From assembly GCA_038874475.1 (NCBI GenBank), contig JAVZCJ010000004.1:48127-72126 (forward strand): DNA of 24,000 bases, given 5' to 3'. Below the pieces are notes generated by a model. It saw only the letters and a program-made list of their open reading frames with translations. It was not told the origin of the DNA and searched no databases. The number at the start of each line of letters is the position of its first letter. Position 1 is the stretch's first letter. The DNA comes from Nitrososphaerota archaeon (GTDB lineage Archaea; Thermoproteota; Nitrososphaeria_A; Caldarchaeales; JAVZCJ01). Both the position numbers and the translations under genes were made by a program. Below, in pieces: positions 8,130 through 16,588 of this stretch.

Positions 8130-9545
8130 CTATTTAATAATCTCAATTACACTATCTGAAGTAACTTCTATTTCAAAATCTTTAAATCTCCTTTTTATAT
8201 TAACCCATTTAAATTTAATTTTCTCTCCTATATTTATTTGATTTATTTTTAAAGCATTATCGTGCCAAGCAATACCACTAATTATTTTCTCATTTCCAGA
8301 AATCCAGAAATAAATTTTTTCAACTAATCCATATTTTGTTTCAACTAATGTTAAAGGAGATTTTGATTTTAAAAAACCATATATAATGATATCTTTTTCT
8401 TCTTTAATAATATCATCTGGATTGTATTCCTTTATTTTATAATATGGAATATCTTCTATATCTTTTTTAAGAATCAAATAATCTTTCTCTTTCTCAATAA
8501 TGATTTCTTCTCTATCACCTTTAATATTCTTTATTCCCCTTTTTATAACAATAATATCATCTTTATTAATATCTAAATTTTTTGTTAAAAAGCATTTAAT
8601 TCTTACAATTTTATTTCCATCATAACCAAGAATACTTTTAAAATTCATTCCACGATCAATTATTTCAATAATTCTCAATTTTAAATTATTAACTATATCA
8701 TATTTTTCTTCTTTCTCTTCTTCTATTTTATTTTTATTATCAATTTTTATTATCCATGTATTCTTAGTTGTATGTACTTCAGATTTTTTTAATCTCACTT
8801 CAAATAAAATTACTTCATCGTTTATCTCTATATCATTAAATATATCTACTTTATCTCTCCATGCAACCAATTTTGTTTCATATGAATTATCTACTATAAT
8901 TGCTTCCTTTACATTTACTATTTCATTTTTTATATTAACACTTCTTAAGGGTTCAATATATTTGATTTTACATTTAATGTCAAAAACCCCTTCTTTATCT
9001 ATGACTTCTTTAAGTGGAAGAATATGATACAATACATCTGGTTGTTCATAATCTTCTTCCAATTTTTCTATTTTACCATTCTTTCCTATATTTAATTCTA
9101 ATCTATCAAACCTTTGTTTTACATATCCCCCTTCTATTTTAATAATGTCTCCAGGCTTAAGATTTAATTTTTCTACATTTAAAGCATTCTCATTCCATAA
9201 AATTAAATTAATTTTTCCTGTTTTATCTCCAATTTTCCCAAAAATATATGAGTGTTGGCCAACTTTTTTTAAAGGAGTTATAAAAAGTACTCTTCCAATT
9301 ATTGCAACATTTTTTAATCCTGAGACTAAATCTATTATTCTTGTTGTTAAAGTTTCTTTTTCAAGATTTTCAATATTATAATCTGGAAAGATATTTAGTT
9401 CTTCAGCTAAGATGAGTGCTGCTCCAAGTTTATTAAGAAAACGACTTTCTTTAATTTTTTCTTCTATTTTCTTCTCTATTTCTTCCCTTGTTAAATCTTT
9501 TCTTTTACTAATTATTAAAGAAATAATTTCTTCATAATTTTTCAT
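8130..9545 (-). CDS. RPA-like single-stranded DNA-binding protein with multiple OB folds
   Basis: The N-terminal helical segment ends in LGAALILAEELNI, as in archaeal RPA. It is followed by repeated OB-fold patterns, for example VAIIGRVLFITPLKK...GKIGDKTGKINLILWNENA...LKPGDIIKIEGGYVK. There is no zinc-finger Cys cluster. Confidence 0.7.
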   Translation of the reverse strand: MKNYEEIISLIISKRKDLTREEIEKKIEEKIKESRFLNKLGAALILAEELNIFPDYNIENLEKETLTTRIIDLVSGLKNVAIIGRVLFITPLKKVGQHSYIFGKIGDKTGKINLILWNENALNVEKLNLKPGDIIKIEGGYVKQRFDRLELNIGKNGKIEKLEEDYEQPDVLYHILPLKEVIDKEGVFDIKCKIKYIEPLRSVNIKNEIVNVKEAIIVDNSYETKLVAWRDKVDIFNDIEINDEVILFEVRLKKSEVHTTKNTWIIKIDNKNKIEEEKEEKYDIVNNLKLRIIEIIDRGMNFKSILGYDGNKIVRIKCFLTKNLDINKDDIIVIKRGIKNIKGDREEIIIEKEKDYLILKKDIEDIPYYKIKEYNPDDIIKEEKDIIIYGFLKSKSPLTLVETKYGLVEKIYFWISGNEKIISGIAWHDNALKINQINIGEKIKFKWVNIKRRFKDFEIEVTSDSVIEIIK

Positions 9546-9572
9546 TCTGCTTATCCTATTTACTATATTTAT

Positions 9573-9692
9573 TTAAGCTTCTTCTTCTCCTCTAGAAGTA
9601 TAGAAAATATATATGATTATTAATATAAAAACTAAAACAATTAATCCATATAAACCAAAGTAAGCAGTATTAAAAAAATCGCTTATTGACAT
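9573..9692 (-). CDS. Possible small (39 aa) single-pass membrane protein
   Basis: This ORF is not in the track. By hand it reads MSISDFFNTAYFGLYGLIVLVFILIIIYIFYTSRGEEEA. It has one TM helix and an SD-like GAGATGA 7 nt upstream. It lies in the gap between the SWIM and RPA-like genes on the same strand. Short ORFs arise easily in AT-rich DNA. Confidence 0.3.
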   Translation of the reverse strand: MSISDFFNTAYFGLYGLIVLVFILIIIYIFYTSRGEEEA

Positions 9693-9724
9693 ATTTTTTC
9701 ATCTCTTTTTCATTATATAGAAAA

Positions 9725-10066
9725 TTATGATCTCCACTCCTTAATTAATTTTTCATACCATGTATCTTCTTCTATTATTTCTTCGTATAGATTATTTTTT
9801 AAAGCTATTTTAACTGCTAAAATATGATAGCAAAAATCATATTTTTTATCTAAAACATGAAAGAAAAAATCATTACATGAACAAAAATTAACTTCTGGTA
9901 AAACAAGATAATCTCGCGTATATCCAACTACTATCCAAAAACTAATATTACTAGGCTTAAAAATATATTTCTTTACTCTTTTCTCTTTAACACATTTAAT
10001 TGCTTCAATATATTTTTCTTCATACTTTTTCTTTAATTCTTCTGGGGCGCTTCTTTCTTCCTCCAT
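9725..10066 (-). CDS. SWIM-type zinc-finger protein
   Basis: FCSCNDFFFHVLDKKYDFCYHILAV fits the SWIM CxCx(n)CxH signature. The product is 113 aa and consists of that single domain. Confidence 0.75.
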   Translation of the reverse strand: MEEERSAPEELKKKYEEKYIEAIKCVKEKRVKKYIFKPSNISFWIVVGYTRDYLVLPEVNFCSCNDFFFHVLDKKYDFCYHILAVKIALKNNLYEEIIEEDTWYEKLIKEWRS

Positions 10067-10113
10067 TTTCTCAAATATTTAATAATAATCATAAATATAA
10101 AATATTATAAAGA

Positions 10114-10917
10114 GTGATGTTAAAAATAGTAGAAAATGAACCAGCTGCAATATTATCTATAAATAATAGAAAAATACTTTTAGTAGCAGATTTGCATATA
10201 GGATTTGAATACGAATTATATGAATTAGGAATTAGAATTCCCCCTCAATCAAAAATAATTTCACAAAATTTTTTAAAACTTATAGAAAAAACTTCTCCTA
10301 ATGAAATATTTATTTTAGGAGATTTGAAACATAATATCCCTAAAGCATCTAAATTTGAATGGAAAATCCTTCCAGAATTAATTGAATCGATAAATGAAAA
10401 AGTTGATAGAATAAATTTAATAATTGGAAATCATGATGGTACTATTAAAAAACTTATCCCATCAAAAATATTTTTTTATTCAAGCCAAGGAATATTAATA
10501 GGGAATAATGAAAAAATTGGTTTAATACATGGTCATGCATGGCCATCTAGAAAAATATTGCTTGAGGCTGATACTATAATTCTTGCTCATATTCATCCAA
10601 CAATACAACTTAAAACATCATTTGGTTTTTCTTTTAGACAAAAAGCTTGGATAAAAATAGTTTTAAAAAGAGAAAAAATTTTAAAAAAGTTAATGATAAA
10701 AAATAAAAAGGAAATTAAAAAACCATTAATTAAAATGATAATTTTACCTGCTTTTAATGATTTCCTTTCAGGGACTCCAATTAATGTTGCTCAAAAAAAT
10801 GAATATGTTAGTCCATTATTAAGAATTAATGAAAAAATTATGAATGATGGTGAAATTTTCCTTTTAGATGGAACATTTTTAGGAAAAATAAAAAATCTTA
10901 AAAAAATGATTATTTAA
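10114..10917 (+). CDS. Calcineurin-like metallophosphoesterase (COG1407 / PdeM-like)
   Basis: The ordered metallophosphoesterase motifs are present: LVADLHIG, GDLKHN, GNHD, HGH, then AHIHP. The track start is GTG at 10114, and an ATG follows immediately at 10117. Confidence 0.8.
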   Translation: MMLKIVENEPAAILSINNRKILLVADLHIGFEYELYELGIRIPPQSKIISQNFLKLIEKTSPNEIFILGDLKHNIPKASKFEWKILPELIESINEKVDRINLIIGNHDGTIKKLIPSKIFFYSSQGILIGNNEKIGLIHGHAWPSRKILLEADTIILAHIHPTIQLKTSFGFSFRQKAWIKIVLKREKILKKLMIKNKKEIKKPLIKMIILPAFNDFLSGTPINVAQKNEYVSPLLRINEKIMNDGEIFLLDGTFLGKIKNLKKMII

Positions 10918-10921
10918 AATA

Positions 10922-10997
10922 TGGGGTCGGCGAGATTCGAACTCGCGATCTCCTGGTTCCGAGCCAGGTATCTTAAACCATGCTAGACCACGACCCC
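10922..10997 (-). tRNA. tRNA-Pro (anticodon CGG), 76 nt, no intron, CCA not encoded
   Basis: The reverse complement folds by hand as GGGGTCG TG GTCT AGCATGGTTTA AGAT A CCTGG CTCGGAA CCAGG AGATC GCGAG TTCGAAT CTCGC CGACCCC A. All four stems are complementary. U33 precedes the anticodon CGG. A TATA-like TTTATTTA lies about 27 nt upstream on the minus strand. Confidence 0.9.
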
Positions 10998-11116
10998 ATA
11001 TTGTGTATAGTAATACTTAAATAAACTAAAAATATATTTTTAAATATAAAAGTTTAAACAATTGTTTGTTGTTAAATAATTTATCTTTTAAGTGGCAAAT
11101 ATAGGAGGGATAAAAG

Positions 11117-13111
11117 ATAAAAGACTTTAGATTAGAAAAAATTGAAAAATCACAATTTTTAACAAATATTTTAGATGCTTTATCTTCACCTGCAAGATTA
11201 AAAATTGTTAAATCTTTAAGAAATCAAAATTTAAGTTATACAGATTTAATGAAAGCTATTGGTTTATCTAAAGGCCAGGATGCTGGAAAATTTTCCTATC
11301 ACTTAAAAAAATTATTGAAAACAGGGATAATTACTATTGATAATGAAACAAAATTGTATGCTATAACTCGTTTGGGAGATACATTATTAAAAATTTTAGA
11401 AGAAATGGAAGAAATAGATACTACTCATTTATACGTAAGAAAATCTCAATTTGTAATAGAAGTTTATGATAAAAATAAAATTATAAATGCTTTAGTAAAA
11501 GAAGCTGGTGCTCCAGTATCTTTAGCAAAACAAGTAGCTGATGTAATAGATGAAAAAATTAAAAATTTAAAAATAGAATATCTTACAGCACCACTCATTA
11601 GAGAAATTGCAAATGCTGTATTAATAGATTTAGGACATGAAAAATATCGTCATAAATTAACTAGAGTTGGTTTACCATTATATGATATTTCAAAATTAAT
11701 AAATTCAATATCAATGAATGAAATTCATAATATAATAAAGGATACTTCTGGAGCAGTTTTAAGAGAATATACTTTATTAGAAATTCTTCCAAGAAATGTG
11801 GCTGATGCGCATTTAGCAGGAAAAATAAATATTGATAATTTAGATTTTTGGCTAGTAAAACCATATAGAGTATTTTATTCTTCTAATTTATTAAATAAAT
11901 TTATTAATGAAAATGATGAGATTTTAATTGAAAAATTTTTATTTTATATTAATGAAGAAGCTGAAAAAATTGATTATGAACAATCTATAAATAATTTTTC
12001 ATCATTTTTATTAAATTTAAATAAAAATTCAGGAGAATATAATTTTAAAAAGAATCTTTATAAAATATTTTATTTCCTTTTATCTCAAAGAAAAAAAGAA
12101 AATCCTAAATTATTCATTTCTTTAACAGACCAAAATCTTTATGAAAAAATAGATTTTTTCAAAGAAATAATGGAAACAATTAAAAAAATAAATAATGAAT
12201 TTTTAGATAAAATAAATCTTATAGATAAATGTAGATTTATGATTCCATTTGAAGAAATAAAAATAGAAGATGGAATAGAAAATATTCATTTGATAGATTT
12301 TCTTATTAGAAAAAATGAAAGAAAAGCACTTTATGGTGGAGGAGGCCTTACAATATATTCTGGTGAAAAAGTGTATGGGTCATTTACAATAAATATTCCA
12401 AGAATATTTTATGAAAGTAAAGGGAATGAGGAAAAATTTCATAGTGAAGTTGAAGAAGTTTTTAAAACATGCTATAAAGGATTTTTAAGTTTAGCTAAAT
12501 TATTAATCGATAAAGGTATAAAAGAAAAAATTAATTTTTCTATATCTTTAGTAGGAGTTTATGAAACAATAAAAGCATTAACAAATGGAAATCCTGCTGA
12601 AAATAAAGATTCATTAAATTATCTTATTAAGTTTTTTAGATGGATTGATACTTTTACACGTAAAAATTCTTCAAAAAATATAGAAATTCTTCTTTCATCA
12701 TCTTCTTCTATAGGAATAATGAAAAGATTTATTTTAAATGATATCCAACAATACGGTATTAAGAAAGTTAGTCAAATTGCTTATAAAGAAGAAAATTTAG
12801 CATATTCGAATTTTATTATACCTGCTGAAGAAGAAATCGATATAGAAAAAAGATTAGAAATGGAAGCTGTGCTTCATACTTATTTAAGAGGAGGACATTA
12901 TACAATTATTCCAGTAAATGATGTAGAAATTATACATAGATTTTTTGAAAGGAAAAATCTATTTTCAAGTTTAGAAACAATTAGTTTTGGTCACAATCTA
13001 TTCTTTTGTGAGAAATGTAAGCATTATAGTTTTTCTAGCAAATGCCAGTCATGCGATTCTGAGAAACAATTGAAATATATTAAAGATGGATCATATTTTT
13101 CATCTTCTTGA
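11117..13111 (+). CDS. wHTH (ArsR-like) + ATP-cone + divergent anaerobic ribonucleotide reductase (NrdD)-like protein
   Basis: The track ORF starts at ATG 11249, but the frame is open from 11114 and encodes the first wHTH helices (ILDALSSPARLKIVKSLRNQNLSYTDLMKAIG...). An ATP-cone-like block spans about 11429-11671 (YVRKSQFVIEVYDKNKIINALVKE...IREIANAVLIDLGHEKY). NrdD-like blocks follow: ADAHLAGKINIDNLD, GSFTINIPRI, ISLVGVYETIKALTNG, AYSNFIIP, HTYLRGGHYTIIP, and a C-terminal CEKC...CQSC ribbon. The 5' end at ATA 11117 is a proposal; see findings. Confidence 0.65.
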   Translation: MKDFRLEKIEKSQFLTNILDALSSPARLKIVKSLRNQNLSYTDLMKAIGLSKGQDAGKFSYHLKKLLKTGIITIDNETKLYAITRLGDTLLKILEEMEEIDTTHLYVRKSQFVIEVYDKNKIINALVKEAGAPVSLAKQVADVIDEKIKNLKIEYLTAPLIREIANAVLIDLGHEKYRHKLTRVGLPLYDISKLINSISMNEIHNIIKDTSGAVLREYTLLEILPRNVADAHLAGKINIDNLDFWLVKPYRVFYSSNLLNKFINENDEILIEKFLFYINEEAEKIDYEQSINNFSSFLLNLNKNSGEYNFKKNLYKIFYFLLSQRKKENPKLFISLTDQNLYEKIDFFKEIMETIKKINNEFLDKINLIDKCRFMIPFEEIKIEDGIENIHLIDFLIRKNERKALYGGGGLTIYSGEKVYGSFTINIPRIFYESKGNEEKFHSEVEEVFKTCYKGFLSLAKLLIDKGIKEKINFSISLVGVYETIKALTNGNPAENKDSLNYLIKFFRWIDTFTRKNSSKNIEILLSSSSSIGIMKRFILNDIQQYGIKKVSQIAYKEENLAYSNFIIPAEEEIDIEKRLEMEAVLHTYLRGGHYTIIPVNDVEIIHRFFERKNLFSSLETISFGHNLFFCEKCKHYSFSSKCQSCDSEKQLKYIKDGSYFSSS

Positions 13112-13477
13112 TTTTAAAAGTAAAATTGCTTTTGCTAAATCTCCATTAGTTTCTTGTAAAGCCTTTTTTGCTTCTTCCATAGAAACATTTGCTTGTTGAG
13201 CTACTAATATTACATCGTCTTCTTTAATTTCTAAAGCTATTTCTTCTTTTTCTTCTAAAGGAATTTCAGTTTTTTCTTCAAAAATTTCTCCTCCAACTAT
13301 TTGAAATACTTGTTCACCTTCTAATTTAAGAGATGTAACTGAAGGAGATTTTACAATTATTTTTTTATCATTAAAATTTATTATAACTTCATTAGCTATA
13401 CCATAATTTTTTAAATCTAATCCTTGAAGCATTTTTGATTGCAATCTTCTTAATTCTCTAGGAGACAATTTTTTCAT
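13100..13477 (-). CDS. nac: Nascent polypeptide-associated complex protein (NAC alpha, NAC + UBA domains)
   Basis: The N-terminus reads MKKLSPRELRRLQSKMLQGLDL. A NAC beta-barrel block follows (VIINFNDKKIIVKSPSVTSLKLEGEQVFQIVGG). The C-terminal UBA-like block is DDVILVAQQANVSMEEAKKALQETNGDLAKAILLL. Confidence 0.9.
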   Translation of the reverse strand: MKKLSPRELRRLQSKMLQGLDLKNYGIANEVIINFNDKKIIVKSPSVTSLKLEGEQVFQIVGGEIFEEKTEIPLEEKEEIALEIKEDDVILVAQQANVSMEEAKKALQETNGDLAKAILLLKSRR

Positions 13478-13554
13478 AAATATTAACTCCCTCTTTTTCT
13501 TTGAATAAATATATAAATAAAAAAATTGATACTTATACTTAACTCTTTACTTTT

Positions 13555-14718
<1,164 letters not shown>

Positions 14719-14848
14719 TATTATCCACTTTTTTATTTTTAATTAATCCCTCCATACTTTCTTTATAAAATAATTAAAACTTAAATAATTAATTTTTTCT
14801 AAACATTAATATTGAAAGTTTAAATATTAATAATTATAAAGAAAAATA

Positions 14849-15235
14849 GTGTTAGCAAATAAGGAAAAGAAGCAGAAAAAGAAAAAAGAGCATTTACTAA
14901 TAGGTGAAGATTTAGACCTTGTAGAAAATTATGGAGAAATAATTCGTAATGCAAGGATAAAAATGGGAATTTCTCAAGAAGAATTAGCAAAACAAATTTC
15001 AGAAAAACTTACAATAATAAAAAAAATTGAACAAGGAACATTTAAACCACCAATTGAATTGGCTAGAAAACTTGAGAAATTTTTAAAAATAAAAATTATC
15101 GAAAAAGTAGAAACTTTTCATCCTTCTACTCTAAAACCATATGTTCAATCTTCACATCCAACTAGTGTCCCTCTCGGATATTTAATTAAGAAAATAGAGG
15201 AGGAAAAAAATAGTGAAAGTAGCAATAGTGCATAG
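14849..15235 (+). CDS. mbf1: MBF1-like XRE-family HTH protein lacking the N-terminal zinc ribbon
   Basis: The cro/C1-type HTH is IIRNARIKMGISQEELAKQISEKLTIIKKIEQGTFKPPIELARKLEKFLKIKI, as in archaeal MBF1. The N-terminus is Lys-rich with no Cys. The start is GTG, and an in-frame TAA lies 12 nt upstream. Confidence 0.7.
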   Translation: MLANKEKKQKKKKEHLLIGEDLDLVENYGEIIRNARIKMGISQEELAKQISEKLTIIKKIEQGTFKPPIELARKLEKFLKIKIIEKVETFHPSTLKPYVQSSHPTSVPLGYLIKKIEEEKNSESSNSA

Positions 15236-16466
15236 AAGAGAGAAAGGAGAAGAATCAAATTTAGCTGAATTAAAAGAATTATGTAAAACAGCAGGTTATC
15301 AAGTAGTATATGAATTAACTCAAGTTAGAGAATCTCATCCAAAATATGATATTGGTCCTGGAAAAATTAAAATTTTAAAAGATGCTATAAAAAGATTTGG
15401 AATAGAAAAAGTAATTTTTGAAAATGATATTAAACCAGTTCAAGAATACAATTTGGCTAAGGTTCTTCAAGTTCCTATTATAAGTCGTATAAGACTTATA
15501 CTTGAAATATTTTCTAAACATGCTTCCTCAATTGAAGCTAAACTTCAAATAAAACTTGCAGAATTAATGTATGAATTACCAAGAGTAAAAGAAAAAGTTA
15601 GATTGGCTAAAAAAGGTGAGCAGCCTGGTTTTCATGGATTAGGAATGTATGATGCTGAAGTTTATTATCTTCATATTAAAAGAAGAATAGCTACAATTAA
15701 TAAAAAACTTGAAGTTATAAGAAAAAGGAGAATAAGATTAAGAGAAGGAAGGAAAATTAATGGAATACCACTTATAACAATAACAGGATATACCAACGCA
15801 GGAAAATCTACACTTTTTAAAGCTTTAACTAAAAGTGAAGTAAAAATTAGTCCTTTGCTTTTTACTACACTTTCACCTAAAACTAAAATGATAAAAATTG
15901 ATGGTAAACCAGTGTTTATTTCAGATACTATTGGTTTTATAAAAAATTTGCCTACATTATTAATTGAGGCTTTTCATTCAACATTAGAAGAAATATCCTA
16001 TTCAGATTTAATAATTTTAATTGTTGATGTTTCAGAAAGTATAGAAGAAATATTAAATAAAATATATTGTTCACTTTCGATTTTAAGAGAAATAAATGTT
16101 TTTGAAATTCCAATATTAGTAGTATTAAATAAAATAGATAAAATTTCTATAGAAGAATTAAGAGAGAAAGAAGAAAAATTATCAAATTTAAATTTACCTT
16201 ATGTAGCTATTTCAGCTCTTGAAAAAATAAATATTGAAGATTTAATTAATAAATTATCATTAATGCTTTCAAACAATTATGTAAAAATTCATGCAGTCTT
16301 GGAAAGTTTAAAAGAAAATTTCTCAATTTTATCAAATATTCTTAAATATAGTAAAATAATATCCTTTTCAAATAATGAAAAAGGTATAGAAGTAGAATTA
16401 GAAACATTACCTTTTTTTGCAGAAAAGCTTAGGTCTATGGCTACATCATATAATGTTAAATCTTAA
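15213..16466 (+). CDS. hflX: GTPase HflX
   Basis: The HflX N-terminal domain is followed by a coiled-coil linker. The GTPase motifs are G1 GYTNAGKSTLFKALT, G3 DTIGFI and G4 LNKID. The start is GTG, with GAGGAGG 9 nt upstream. The gene overlaps the mbf1 3' end by 23 nt. Confidence 0.92.
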   Translation: MKVAIVHRREKGEESNLAELKELCKTAGYQVVYELTQVRESHPKYDIGPGKIKILKDAIKRFGIEKVIFENDIKPVQEYNLAKVLQVPIISRIRLILEIFSKHASSIEAKLQIKLAELMYELPRVKEKVRLAKKGEQPGFHGLGMYDAEVYYLHIKRRIATINKKLEVIRKRRIRLREGRKINGIPLITITGYTNAGKSTLFKALTKSEVKISPLLFTTLSPKTKMIKIDGKPVFISDTIGFIKNLPTLLIEAFHSTLEEISYSDLIILIVDVSESIEEILNKIYCSLSILREINVFEIPILVVLNKIDKISIEELREKEEKLSNLNLPYVAISALEKINIEDLINKLSLMLSNNYVKIHAVLESLKENFSILSNILKYSKIISFSNNEKGIEVELETLPFFAEKLRSMATSYNVKS

Positions 16467-16588
16467 AAATTTTTAATATTTTCCTCTTTTTCATTTATAA
16501 ATATGAAAAGTAAATATTCTCCCTAAATTTTAACTTATTATATAAATTGTTGTAAAAAAGGAATATGGAAAGGTGATAGTTTCTGCTC

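Noticed and set aside
11092-11130. GTG at 11092 as an alternative start for the NrdD-like gene through a frameshift in the A-runs
   Set aside because: That frame (VANIGGIKDKRL*) stops at 11128-11130 and would place the start codon upstream of the GGAGGG box. It adds no recognisable sequence. SD-directed initiation at ATA 11117 explains the data with fewer assumptions. A sequencing indel cannot be excluded.
11912-11964. ATGATGA ... CTGA spacing reminiscent of a C/D-box sRNA; similar TGATGA hits near 7965 and 18163
   Set aside because: All hits lie inside well-supported coding regions. They lack a matching internal D'/C' pair and terminal stem. None of the intergenic spacers contains a C box.
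13100-13111. 12-nt convergent overlap of the 3' ends of the NrdD-like gene and nac
   Set aside because: Short tail-to-tail overlaps are common in compact archaeal genomes. There is no evidence of regulatory meaning.
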